This document shows positions 14,021 to 27,407 of a stretch of 64,000 nucleotides of DNA, in pieces. Under the pieces are notes generated by a model. That model ran no database searches and had not been told where the DNA came from. It saw only the letters and a program-made list of their open reading frames with translations. Position numbers and translations under genes: made by a program. How positions within the stretch are numbered: position 1 is the stretch's first letter; each line of letters begins with the position of its first letter. Source of the DNA: Octopus vulgaris (taxonomy: Eukaryota); contig OX597833.1 of NCBI GenBank assembly GCA_951406725.2, forward strand, positions 62,682,001 to 62,746,000. The letters run 5' to 3'.

Positions 14021-14084
14021 ATTAGTAGTGGAAAAAGAAGAGAGAGGAAACAGTATGCTTGTGTGCCAAAAACTGGCACTTGTC

Positions 14085-14136
14085 TCTAATTTCCTGTCAA
14101 TCAGTTCAGGTGGCTCTTTTCTGAATGTGACCTAGG

Positions 14137-14172
<36 letters not shown>

Positions 14173-14340
14173 ACCAGCAGTACCACCATCCCAGGTGTGA
14201 GAGCAATGTTTTATTGGGGGCCTCAACTGATTTTTGTACAAAATAACTGTTGGAAGCTGAAGTTCTCTTCTGGCCCTGAAGAGAATGGCCAGACACATTG
14301 GAATGCTGTCCTAGATATGATAAGGATGTACTTTCCCCAT
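14085..14340 (-). mobile_element. Decayed CR1/Jockey-like LINE RT-thumb fragment split by (CA)n
   Basis: The minus strand gives LAILFRARR...ILYKNQLRPPIKHCSHTWDG and, beyond the microsatellite, LGHIQKRAT. This resembles the LYK..RP..EY.S..W...L..IQ.RA motif of LINE ORF2. Confidence 0.55.
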
Positions 14341-15126
14341 ACAAGTACATACGCATGTGTGTATGTATGTGTATATATATAAACAGTATGTGAGTGTGTT
14401 TCTAATTTACATTTCTAGTAAAGTGAGGATTGCAACATCATTAATTACTGCAACTGATGACCTCGTTTCAACATAAACCAATCAATTGAAGTCTTTTCTG
14501 TAAAGCCCTGTAGTAAAGAAGATAATCCTAGGGGCATAGATTAGGATCCAACCTTACTACGGTGGTGTGACTAGGAAGATTCAACAGGTGCAAAAATTTT
14601 AACACGAAAGAGATGTGGTTCTTTAAATGAAGACCTGGGAAGTTGTATATTAATAAAGAGACTAACATTGAAGTCTATGTGAGCAGAGGCCATCAGACAG
14701 CTTGTTAGCAACCTAAGATAAGAGGCTAATCCTACTGGACACCCCTCTCTCTCTTTCGGAGAGGCACAAGCACCTACACGCACATATACACACACGGCAG
14801 TAACTTCCGCCTGCCGAATTCAATCACAAAGCTTCGGTCGGCTCGGGGCTATAGTGAAAGACACCTACCCAAAGTGCCACGCAGTGTGACTGAACCTGAA
14901 ACCATGTAGCTAGGAAGCAAGCTCCCTAACCACACAGCCATGCCCGTGCCTAAAAAAAGCTTGGTGACAAGAGTAAACAAAAGAAGATAGTGAGGAGACA
15001 GAATACTCAAAGGTCTTAACTGCTAAAGACAGACAAACCCAAAGTTTGCCAGTCGTTAGCTGTTTCTATGAAGTTGAGCAATGAGCGTTTATCATTATAA
15101 CAATGAAATCAAGTGAAAACAATACA

Positions 15127-15482
15127 AACAAGAGTACTCAGAGAGTGCAAACCTCTGCCAAGGCAACACCAACGTCCTCTCAACGATTAGCTGGAGATGA
15201 TTTTTAAAATGAGAATATCTGAAATAAACTCGACTGATCTCACAAACGAAAATACTAAAAATGAACCGGACTGCTCTCAAAAATTTAAGTAAAAAAATTT
15301 TTTTTAAATGGAAAAATCCAGAATCCTTGTCCAGTACCAGATCAGTCCCCAAATCTAATCAGTTTGTGCCTGTCACAAAGCCAAACATCCTTGAATGTTT
15401 CATCCGAATCCATCCAGCAGTTGTCCATGGACAAACAAACAACTGAAAACAACAACTTCACCTTCGCTAAGGCAGAGATAAC
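15127..15482 (-). mobile_element. Non-autonomous Helentron-type (HINE/DINE-1-like) element
   Basis: The minus strand begins TTATCTCTGCCTTAGCGAAG and ends CCTTGGCAGAGGTTTGCACTCTCTGAGTACTCTTGTT. This gives subterminal inverted repeats (CTCTGCC/GGCAGAG), a 3' palindrome, TT ends and a short (TTTG)n near the 5' end. Confidence 0.6.
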
Positions 15483-16649
15483 TAGACAAAACATGAATTA
15501 GCTGTCAAGTACTTTTAACCGGCTTGAGGGTAAAATAGTTATTTAGATGCAAAACTGCCAATTTAGCCAGCAAATATTTGGAATTTTTTTAACTTTTTAC
15601 AACACAGACAGGACAAATTTCAACATAGAATATTACAAACCAAGAAAAAAAAAATACTTTATTTATTCAAATACATGCAAAAATAGTAATTTTGGAAGTT
15701 TTCTTAAGAAATACATTTTTCCCCAATTTTTCTTTTCTTTAACACCCACGCCTGTAACTAGTCTTTTAAGCTTTTGAGGAGTGTTTCAGATTAAGTCATA
15801 AAAACTAGATATTTTTTATTAATTCAAAATATTTGGTGACAATAGCTTCTTTTTTTTTTTCCTTTTTAAATGGCAAACTGGCATAATTATTAACACATTA
15901 GACAAAATGTTCAGCAGCATTTCTTCTGACCCATTTATGTTCAGAGTTCAAATCCTGCTGAGGTTAACTTTGTCTTTCAGGGTTGATGAAATGCCAGTCA
16001 AATACTAGGTTCAAGGAAATTGACTTATTCCCTCTTCTATTATTGCTAGCCTTGTAGCAAAATTTGAATCCTTTATTAGTGATTTGATGAGTTTGGTCAA
16101 GTACTGGCAAATATTTTTCCAACAAGAACAAGAAACAGTTTAGACTATGCTTCAGTGTTATACTGACCTCCTCAGTAAATCATAATCCACTTTGTAATAG
16201 CTTTCAGCCATCAGTGTAAAGATATTCCCTTTAGCTCTTGTTCTTTTCAGAACAATTTGGTAAATCAATAGACCCTCATGAAAAAATGCAAACCAGAGAA
16301 CCTCAACTTGGACACTAAAGATGCAAAATAGCAGCAAAATCTGCCTCAAACTACATATCTTATGACACACACTGAACCCACTCTCATTCATTTGTACGTA
16401 AGTAAACACACACACACACACACACACATACCTAGAGTGCATCATGAAAAGACAGGATGGTCAGAAAAAGAATGCCTGTGATCTTAGAGATCGTTGACTT
16501 GATCAGAGCTGACTAATGGATTTGGTTACTAAACCATGAAAGCTAGTTTCAACTATAATTGATTTAGCCATCAGACAAATATTCTACTAGTTACAAACAG
16601 ACTGATTAAATGCTACTGGTGTGTGTTAGTGTGTTTTAGAATAAGCTGT

Positions 16650-17592
16650 GAGAATAAGATTCAGCTGGGCAAAGTTCAGAGAGCTCCTACCTCTGCTGGC
16701 AACAAAGGGCCTCTCTCTGAGAGAAAGGCAGATTGTATGATGCCTGTATGCGAACAGCTATGCTACATGGCAGTGAAACATGGGCTGTGACAGTCATGGA
16801 CATGCGCAGGCTTGGAAGAAATGAAGCTAGTAGGTTTCGCTGGATGTGCAATGTCAGTGTGCATGTATGACAGAGTGTAATCATCTTGAGACAAAAGTTA
16901 GGCATAGGAGGCATCAGATGTGTGCAAGAGAGATGACTGTGCTGGTATGGTCATGTGATGCGTATGGATGAGGACGCTGTGTAAAGAAGTGCCAATCTTT
17001 AACAGTGGAGGGAACCTATAGTACAGGTAGACCCAGGAAGCCATAGGACAAAATGGTCAAGCATGATCTTCGAATTCTGAGCCTCACAGGGGAAATGACT
17101 AATGACCAAGACCTTTGGCGATATGCTGTGCTTGAGAAGAAGACCCATCAAGCCAAGTGAAATCGTAGTCATGGCTGATGCTGGTGTCACATAACTGGCA
17201 CCTATGCTGGTGGCACGTAAAGAGCACCTTTCAAGAGTTGGGCCTCAGAGACAAAGTCACCAAGTTGCTTTGAAGCATTGGGCCTCACGGAGGTAAAGTG
17301 GCTGAGTTCCTTTTGATTGTTGGGCCTCATTGAGGCAAAGTGACTGAGTCCCTTTGAGTGATGGGCCTCACGGAGGTAATGACCAAGACCTTTCGTGGCA
17401 GATACTGTTGTCATGCAAATGGTGCCTGTGCCAGTGGCACATAAAAGCACTCATTACACTCTCAGAGTGGTTGGCATTAGGAAGGGCATCCAGCCATAGA
17501 AAACCATGCCAAATCAGACTGGAGTCTGGTGCAGTCTTCAAACCATCAAACCCATGCCAACATGGACAATGGACATTAAATGATGATGATGA
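16650..17592 (+). mobile_element. Second 5'-truncated RTE LINE with tandem ~41-bp units in its 3' region
   Basis: Aligns with 5445-6335, includes LHGSETWAVT coding sequence and ends in (GAT)n. Four TGGGCCTCA...-starting units lie at about 17238-17395. Confidence 0.9.
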
Positions 17593-18529
17593 TATATATG
17601 TAAAACTAGTTTCATACTGCTAAATCAACGTTTTAAAATTTAGCATTATTTTGAATTAATCCTGCATTATTTTGTCGCTTTTGAGATTGCAATTAGGAAA
17701 CTTAAATTTTAGAATGATATTGTAGGGTTTGTGTGAGAGGCCAGATCTAGCCAGTTTGAACATAAAACAGGTAGAATATTTTGGCTGGATATGGCCTGTT
17801 TAAATTATGAACTATTAATAAATGATAGTGTCACAGAATAGCTGTTATATATGTCTATGTAGTTAAGTTCTATTTACAACCACATAGTTACTGATTTCAA
17901 GTCCAGTGTGCAGTACCTTGGCAACTGCCTTTGGTCAAACAAAGCCTTTCCATTGAAATTTAGTGGACAGAAACAGTGTGCATGTGTGTGCATGCACAGT
18001 GAGGAAGTTGAACCAAAATAACAGGACGTAACCAAAATACCTGATGAGTTTGATGATCGAAAACCACTATTTTTAGTCAATTATATAATTGGCCCCAATA
18101 CACTGGCATCTAGTTTTTGTTCTGTCTCAGATATTTTCAGAAATAACCACAGTAAAAAAAAAACCCAGTAAAAGCAGTGTTCCAGAATAACAATGTTTCA
18201 GTCGTAGACAAGTAAAACACTAATTGTACTGATTGATTCACTTTGACTAGGCCAACCGAGATTTATTGTAGAGCCAAGTAACACAATTCAATCGATCTTT
18301 CAACATATCATTAATGATACTCAACAGATTGAGTGCACAGTAATTTGAATTCAGAAGTGAATTGAGTTGGGACCAAATATTTAATGAAGAGAAACAACAA
18401 ATGCAAATGTCAAACAATCAAAACTATAAAATAAAAGCTATTAATTAAATGAATGACTGTAAATGACTTGTGGAAATATATTCAATTCAATTAGTTGTTA
18501 TTGTTTAATCCCAGGCCAGGAATCCAACT

Positions 18530-18706
18530 GAGCAGTTCACAACTGCAGCTCACGGGGCCACATTCAGCCCCCTCGATAGTCTTCCCTCCATAAATATATT
18601 TTTTTCTTTAATTGGCTTTGTTTTACTTTTTTTGGTGTGGCACCCTAAAAAAAAAAAAATCCAGGTTTTGGATGTGGCCCAGATATTAAAAAGATTGAGA
18701 ACCACT
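18530..18706. mobile_element. Decayed hAT/Charlie-type MITE
   Basis: Right end TTGAGAACCACT is the reverse complement of the AGTGGTTCTCAA Charlie-type TIR. Internal GGGCCACAT/ATGTGGCCC inverted motif. The left TIR is degenerate. Confidence 0.45.
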
Positions 18707-21260
18707 AAACTGAAGACAGACAGACAGACCTATGACCTAAGCTATGACCATCTCCTCTCTTAAGGGAATAAGCCTATTCTGTGTGATCTTCCCTGTTAAG
18801 AGTCTGATTTAAGAAGACATTTGGCTGCTATTTCCAAAAGTTTAAGTGATCACATAGAGGCTCCCTCATTTGTTCAAATATTGAAATTATAATAAAGACA
18901 GATAAAATCTAGGACAAGAGTGGGCAAGTTCTACCAAATAAACAACTGAAATGAAGTTTAACTGAGACGTAATTCATTTTTAAAATATCTAGAATAAGAC
19001 AATTTTGAACACGGAAAAATAATTTTTACAATAAAATAAGTTACTGCAATATAAATTTGATCAAAGCTCTATGATTGTCTTTATTTTATATCTGAAATAT
19101 TGGAAACACTCAGTTTGAAGAAGTTGTTCAAACTGGTGGAAAAACAGTACGAGAGTGAGAGGGGGGGGAATGAAGGGGGAGTAGCATTTATATGATGCGT
19201 AAAATTCCGTGAGAGTCTTTCTATGAAAATGTTGAGGTTCAGCAGAGCATGTAGTCAACATTGGCAGTCTAGCTTGTGTTAAGGATTATAAAATATAGCT
19301 AGCATCCCTGCTATTTGAACCTATTTCTTGCTTGTACGTAGTTCAAACAGAAATCCAAAGAACAGAATTAAATCTGTTGATGCAATCAACGAAATGCCAT
19401 CCATTCATAAACAGAGCTTTATTCTCAAAACCAAAAAATGTAACATGAATCAAGCCATTATAGAATTTGAAGTTTTCTGAAAGAACAATTTCACATGGAA
19501 CATCATATTTCCAACACAAACTCAATTGTTGAAGTGGCAATTTCAATCTATAAAAACAATGTAAAAATCACTTTTTTTTTTTTAAAACTAAAAGGCAAAA
19601 TGTTTAGAATTTTAACGAAGCCAATTAAAATATGAAATCGTAATAGAGTGCTCAATTTTAGATTTCATGAAATAAGCTACAATTTGAAGACTCAAAACTA
19701 TATTTGATTTATAAGGAAACAGATATTGGTTTTGATATCTAATTTCTGATCGATGACAAAATTTGAAGTAATTGATCGAGTTTACAAAGCATATACTTTT
19801 AAAATGGTTGAATCCTCACTGCAAGTGAAATAGATAAAAAAAATTAGTCTATTTATTGGAGTAAATACCCCAGACAAACATAAAAATTAGTTTAAGAGCC
19901 AACACAAGATCACTTAGCAAAACCATTACAGAACACAGACTAAAACTAGCAGGTTACATCGTCCAACTACTAGAACAATGCCTCTCTAAAACAGCTTTCA
20001 AATGGACATAAAAGGGACGGAAGAAGAGAGGGAAATCGGAAACTACCTGTTGCAGAACATACATAATACGAGAGAAGCCAATATCGTATGTCCAGATGTA
20101 GGGAAAAACTACAGCCATCAAAAGCCTGTTGTGTCAACTTGGTGTCCAATGTGCTCAAGAACACTGCAAGAACTGACACTGAATATAGCAATAGATTGAA
20201 GTTAACTTTTTCCTTAAATATTGGTTTCAAATTTTGGTACAGGGCCAGCAATTTCAGGGGAGGGGGTCAAGTCGATTAAATCAACCCCAGTGCTTAACTG
20301 GTACTTATTTTATCCTGAAAGGGATCAACGGTAAAGTTCATGAGGAATATTTGAAGGATCAAATATGAATTGAGGATGAATGAAGCCAGCTCAATCCATC
20401 CCAGGTGAATGCTGTCTCAAGTCAAGTCAAAGGTAAAGTTGACCTCAGCAAAAATTTGAACACAGAACATAAAGACATAAAATGCCATTTAGCATTTTTC
20501 CCAGCGTGCTGACAATTTAGAAAAAAATAGACAGTAAATTTGCCTTATCCCACTGAAATTGCAACCACCAGGGATAAAAAGGGCTTGTGTCAGTTGTTCC
20601 ATTTCCTAGAAATGGTAGCAATATCTTCAAATTACATCATAATGTAATGTTCTAGTGAACTGTCTGAATATAGGATGTGGGATGGTCATGGTTGGAATCC
20701 TTTAGATCATAAATCTATTTGATCAGAGTTGATTTAGGGCTCCACAACAGGAACAAGAACAAAACCAGCTGGCAGTAGCTTTTACTAGACTGAAGAAGTC
20801 AGCAATGATAAAAATAAAAAATGTATAATTAAAATACCAACTATATCCTATTTCTCATAATTTTTAAAACCTTTTCAGTATGTTTATAGTTTTAACTATC
20901 CCCACTTTAGAAAATATCTGTAAACCAGTTCTAATACCTAATATGTTCACACATCATCCTATAATTCACAGCTATGCGTTCTAAAGGTCTTCACTTAATT
21001 TACAAATATCATTTCAACATGCTCGCACAAACCAACCAGGAAGTATCTATACAAATGCTTTTCTCACTTTCCCCACACCATCACCACAATTCATTCATTG
21101 CCATACGCTGGTGTTTTTAATTCAAGAAAATTAAATACACAACAAAATGCTGTTGCCAACAGATTACCATTCAAGAAAATATTCATCAATATATGGAATG
21201 TTAAAACAACATTCCAATCAACTAATATTACCAACAGATTAAAACATTCACAATCAACCT

Positions 21261-21440
21261 CATCATTACTTAACGTCTATTTTCCATGCTGGCATGGGTT
21301 AGACAGTCTGACAGGAGCTGGCAAGCCAGAGGACTGCACCAAACTCCAGCATCTGCTTTGGCAGGGTTTCTACAGCTGGATGCCCTTTTCCTAATACAAC
21401 CACTAAACAGTGTTCCAGGTGCTTTTTACACGGCACTGGC
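21261..21440 (-). mobile_element. RTE LINE 3' tail fragment
   Basis: TTTCCATGCTGGCATGGGTT...CAGCTGGATGCCC matches the other RTE tails. Confidence 0.65.
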
Positions 21441-21996
21441 AGAACAAAAATTGAAAATATTTTTGAAAATCAAGGTAATTTAACAAAGACTAAAAACACT
21501 ACAAACGCATCTATCATTCTTTGATCAATCCCTTTGACTTCAACAGTCAAAAAATGTTCTATGCCAGGTACAATGTTGTTTACCTGGTTAGAAATATAAA
21601 TGGAATCTCTCAAACACACTCAACTGTCCAAATTGTGGAAGGACTTATTGGTTAATTATACTGTCGAAAAAATTTTTTTAAAGATGGAATGGTCACGACT
21701 GGAAGGTCCATTCCTAAAAAATGATATCTATTAGTGATGGTCATCAATAATTCAAATGTTTATAGCTACTTAACTGCCCGCATTTCAATCAACCAGGGGA
21801 CTGGTATTCCACAGATATTCTGATCAACTACTGAGAATCGAAAAATTAAAAGGAACCAAATACGCAAGATTTTTGCATTTTTAAAGATTCTGACTTTCAC
21901 TTGAAATATAACAGGTCCAAGGCCATAATCTTTCACTCCAAACAACTTGAAACAAGATGGTGAGTGTCAACTACTTCCCTCCCAACTTCATTTGTC

Positions 21997-22362
21997 CTTT
22001 CACTCGTTTTAGTCATTGAAGTGACCATGCTGGAGCACTATCTTCAAAGGTCTCAGTTGAAGAAAATGATCTCTGTACTTTTAAAATCTGGTACTTCATT
22101 CTGCCAGTCTCTTTAACCAAATGCTTAGTTATAGGTCCACAAACAAATCAGCACTTGTCAAGCAGTGAGGGAGACAAACACAAAGACACACACAAATATA
22201 TATGCCGAGCTTCCACATAGTTTCCTTTCCATCCAGTAAATTCATTCACAAGCATTGGTCAACCCAGGCTGTAGTAGAAGCCACTTGCCCAAGGTGCCAC
22301 ACAATGGGATTGAACTGCAAACCACATTTCTTAACTGCATAGCCATCCATTCCTGTGCCTAT
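21997..22362 (-). mobile_element. SINE family B, old CpG-decayed copy
   Basis: Diverged match to the family-B tail, core (CACTTGCCCAAGGTGCCAC) and head. Confidence 0.7.
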
Positions 22363-23649
22363 AACTTTATAAACCTTTGAAAATCTTTTTTCTTTTTTTC
22401 TACTAATAAATAGTTAATCTTTAATATACATTTCATTATTCATGAAATCTCAACAATGTACAACTCGTTATCTATGTTTTTGTGACTAATCTGATTGCTA
22501 CACATAAACTAAGTGAAGGAGCAGCACCCATGACAAGTGGGGTGAGCAGAGGGGTGAGAGCTTACAACTTGTTAATTTTCAGATAAAACTCTGTTAAAGG
22601 AATCCAAAGTTGCTATTAAACTTGGAACCACTTTATTGCAAACTTCTTAGCCATACAACCTTTGTCTGTATTCAGTGTCATTAATTAGTTGATTCGACTT
22701 TGGCATCATTCAGGTAGCGCAGTATTGTTTTCTTGTAGCTTTGCGATTTTTATGCGAATAATTTTAGAATGACATTGTAGGATAGGTGTGAAAGACAGGA
22801 TCTGGCTAGTCTGAACATGGAACTGGTAGAATATTTAGCCCAGATAAGGTCAGTTTAGATGTTCAAGGCTTAACAACAAAAAGTCAATGATGACAACAGT
22901 GAAACGCTATTTTAGGCAACATGATTTAACACACACACAAATAAAAAGAGACCATGTTTGGATGTTTCTATACATTTTACCAGTTAGTATACCTATCATT
23001 TTGCTATTACTATCTCTGCAAGTAATTATCAAGTCTAGGCAAGACCTCCTCAAATTTACTCCATACGTGACTTTTTGGGGAACACTACAGCAGGCTATAT
23101 TAAGCACTATATTTATCTCAACCGCTCAAATCTACAAAAACTGGTGTTGCAACAATGGCCACACAAAAAGTACAATTTGCAATCAATGATATCGGGTTCA
23201 ATCCCATTACACGGTATGTTAAACATTATGAATGAAGCTTGGTAGACAGAAACTGTGAAGATGCTGGTCAATGAACTATAGAAGCAGGTGGTAGATTTAA
23301 CCTGTGCTCAGTTGAACACCACCATCTAGCTTTAGGTTGCCATTAGCAAAGTACATTTTCCACTCTTTTGCAAATATCAAGGCCAGACTCACTGGACTGA
23401 GACTAACTTGATATTTTAATGCGTTGCTTCTAAGTGTAGCAGTTCGTGATTCTGGCTTTCTTTCTCCCACCAAAAAGATAATAGCCAGAGGAAGACAAGC
23501 AGTGTCTGAGTGTTGTAGCTTAATGGCAAGAATTGATTTTAAAGAAAGTTTATATTAACAAGCTGTAGGCCAGCTCTGATCAAGCAGATCAATAATCATA
23601 AACGTTCTCTGACCATGTCCCTGCTCTTTTTTCAACACTAAATCTCAGT

Positions 23650-24010
23650 GCAGGCATGGCTGCAGGGTTAAAAAGTTTGCTTCCCAACCATGTGGTTTCG
23701 TGTTCAATCCAGCTGCGTGGCATCGGCTGACCCAAAGCCTCGGGAGTGGATTTGGTTAGATGGAAATTAAAAGAAGTATGTTGTGTAGATATGTGGGTGT
23801 GTTGTGTCCCCTTGTCTTGACATTGCGTGACTGTTGCAAACAAGCTCAATCTTTTTTATAATCCTCCATGGAAAACATGTCTGACTATGGGAAAATATTT
23901 ACCTTGCTTAACAGGTGAGAGTTGGCAAAATGAAAGGCAATCAAGGTGCAGAACATCTGCGTCAACGTATTCCGTCTGACTCACGCAAGCATGGAATAGA
24001 GTGCATTAAA
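23650..24010 (+). mobile_element. Chimeric SINE: family-B head with RTE-type tail (old)
   Basis: GCAGGCATGGCTG...GGTTTCGTGTTCAATCC head, GAGTGGATTTGGT core and GCAAGCATGGAA tail, as at 1078-1455. Confidence 0.6.
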
Positions 24011-24174
24011 AAATCGATATTTGGGATACTGCTGTGTACCTTTGAAGATAGTAGAATGTATCATTGAGGGAAATGTGACTACTTTTTCTAGTAAGTCGAG
24101 CGATCATACAGATTCATCATTGTTAGTCGTTAAACTGTAAGATCAACCTAAACAGGCAGTATTAAGTTATATAT

Positions 24175-24404
24175 ATTTCTTTACTACCCACAAGGGGCTA
24201 AACACAGAGGGGACAAACAAGGACAGACAAAGGGATTAAGTCGATTACATCGAGCCCAGTGCGTAACTGGTACTTAATTTATCGACCCCCGAAAGGATGA
24301 AAGACAAAGTCGACCTCGGGCGGAATTTGAACTCGGAACGTAACGACAGACGAAATACGGACGGCTACGCAATTCGCCCGGCGTGCTAACGTTTCTGCCA
24401 GCTC
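24175..24404 (-). mobile_element. SINE family A, full length, young
   Basis: Reverse complement of the 1525-1740 structure with its CpGs intact. Confidence 0.9.
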
Positions 24405-25466
24405 AAGGGAGACAGGTTATGTGGACGCTTGATCTGCCAGAAATGGCAGCTCAGTTCACGCCGTCCCGTAAAAAGGAAACAACAAAACACTCATACAAAA
24501 CTTAGGTAATACAGTCAGTCCGTATCTGGTACAGCGACTTTAAAAAAAAAAAACTAGGACAACCGCATTTTTTTTATACGAGACTTTTCAAAAGCAGGGA
24601 AAACATGTCAAGAGAATGTCTACTGTTGTTTTGTTCACCTTGTTTAAAGTAAGTTTATAACAATGGAGGCGGTGACACATGTATCGTGCAATAGAAACAG
24701 GTATGGGAACCAAGTTGAGAAACTCCTCTCCTTCCTACCTTTCTCAGTCATAATTTCACAACACCTCGCAAAGAATGTACTAATTTTTTTCCCTTTTTTA
24801 GCTTATAAACGCAAATGAATTTTAGTGATTTTAGCGACCACAAAGTAGATGAAATATTGATCTTACACGCTGGTTATATACGAATATCAATAGGACATTG
24901 AGACTAGAAAGAAGAAAAACAACAACTATAAAACCCCTTTATCACCACCACCACCACTCCCAAGTTGATAGGGATCAATTCGTTTCAATAGGATCAATAT
25001 TTCAACTACAGGCAATAACTTACATCTTGTTGTCAATTAATTGATTAGTTTGTTAGCCCAGGGCAATCTAGTTGTACTAAAAACGATAATAGCATTAATA
25101 ATCGTTTGACACAAAGCTTGACATTTTGTGGGGAGCGATTTTAGTTGGTTATATCGATCCCAGTGCTGAACTTGGTACCCGTTCTGTCGACCCCAAGATG
25201 ATGAAGGGCAAAATCGACCACGGTAGCATTTGAACTCAAAACGTTCTAATTGTGTGTAAACACTTTTGTATATCCTATACAAATAAAATCTATCTTAACA
25301 AGATGACTAAAGTTTATTATATGTAAAACTTACGTGGTCAAGGCTATTTTATTATTTATTTCTTTTCACATACCAAGATTGCGTCACCAACTGACACCGA
25401 TTTATTGAAAACTGGCGTAAATTTAGAAGTGGAAGTACACAGATTGCTAAAATAAGTAAAACTATG

Positions 25467-25832
25467 ACGCAGGAGTGGCTGTGTCGTAAGTAACTTGCTA
25501 ACCGACCACATGGTTCCGGGTTCAGTCCCACTGCGTGGCATCTTGGGCAAGTGTCTTCTGCTATAGCCCCGGGCCGACCAATGCCTTGTGAGTGGATTTG
25601 GTAGACGGAAACTGAAAGAAGCCTGTCGTATATATATATATATATATATGTATGTGTTTGTCCCCCTAGCATTGCTTGACAACCAATGCTGGTGTGTTTA
25701 CATCTCCGTCACTTAGCGGTTCGGCAAAAGAGACCGATAGAATAAGTACTGGGCTTACAAAGAATAAGTCCCAGGGTCGATTTGCTCGATTAAAAGCGGT
25801 GCTCCAGCATGGCCACAGTCAAATAACTGAAA
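25467..25832 (+). mobile_element. SINE family B
   Basis: Near-identical to 13367-13761. An old inverted copy follows immediately at about 25845-26175. Confidence 0.9.
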
Positions 25833-26377
25833 CCCATCATATTTTCAGTTACAGGACTACAGCCATGCTGGAGCACCGCATTGAGGGGTTTAATCGAACA
25901 AATCGACTCCGAGATTTATTTATACATTTTTTTTTAAAGTCTGTTATTCCATCGGTTCTTCAACCGAACCGTTAAGTTATGGGGCCGTTAACAAACTAAT
26001 ATATCGAATGTCAAAGCCGTGGGGGGGGGGTCACCATATTATACACACACAACTGGTTTCTACTACTTCCAGCCATTAATTCACTTGCAAGGGATTGGTC
26101 TGTCCGAGGTAATATTAGAAGGCACTTGCCCACCCAAAGTGCCGCGTAATGGCACTGAATCCAAAAACATGCCAGAAGAGATAAAAGTAAAATATCTGAA
26201 CGATTCATTTAGTCATAGACTAAAAGGGGGGGGGAGCGGAAGGGGCAATGAAAGCCGTTAAAAAATCCACCTCGAGTTCACTGCAGACTAAACACAGCAT
26301 CCATCACATTCTCTTCCAGTTCCACGGCCCAAAAACCAATATGAAGAAATGATCACGCAGCCTAAAGTCTTGAAAAA

Positions 26378-26540
26378 AGAGTGGCTGTGTGGTAAGTAGC
26401 TTGCTAACCAACCACACGGTTCCGGGTTCAGTCCCACAGCGTGGCATCTTGGGCAAGTGTCTCCTGCTATAGCCCCGGGCCGACCAATGCCTTGTGAGTG
26501 GATTTGGTAGACGGAAACTGAAAGAAGCCTGTCGTATATA

Positions 26541-26588
<48 letters not shown>

Positions 26589-26808
26589 TGTGTGTGTGTG
26601 TATGTTTGTGTGTTTGTGTTTGTCCCCCTAGCATTGCTTGACAACCGATACTGGTGTGTTTACGTTCCCATCACTTAGCGGTTCGGCAAGAGACCGATAG
26701 AATAAGTACTGGGCTTACAAAGAATAAGTCCCGGGGTTGATTTGCTCGACTAAAGGCGGTGTTCTAGCATGGCCGCAGTCAAATGATTGAAACAAGTAAA
26801 AGAGTAAA
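26378..26808 (+). mobile_element. SINE family B with expanded internal microsatellite
   Basis: Head, core and tail match the family. (TG)n(TA)n tract at about 26535-26610. Confidence 0.9.
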
Positions 26809-27367
26809 CCAGAGGGGGGAAAAAGTCTCCCGCAACTGAGACAGGATCAAAAAGACAAAACCAAGTTCGTTCAAATCAGATCTTAGCACTTAACAAAAGA
26901 GAGAAAAAAGAGATTGTAGTCCTATGTGTATTGTGCCAATAAAAAAAGATGTATCATGGCTGTAGTGTTTCACATGATATGACTTGAGGCTACACAAGTC
27001 TTCTGGTACTATCCAATCCAACACTACATTTGATGAGAATCAGTTGTGGTTTAAAACAAAAACAGAATTTTAAAAAAAAAAAAAAAAACCAGATCACATT
27101 TCTCCTTTACTATAAACACCAACATCCCTTCCTGGCGTCAAACTGCCAAAGCTAGCAGTCAAATTTCTAAAATAAAGGACACACTGGATTAATGTGGTAG
27201 TCACAGATAAATAGGGTTATGTCTCAAAATAAAGGCGGAATGGCCACAGCTGGAATATCTTTGTAGGTCAGCGCGGTTTTCCTGAGAGATATAGGGTTTA
27301 ACCTGATCTGCCAGACAGACTGAGGAATTCTTGAAAAGTCTATGAAAACTGTTCTTCCTCATATGAA

Positions 27368-27407
<40 letters not shown>

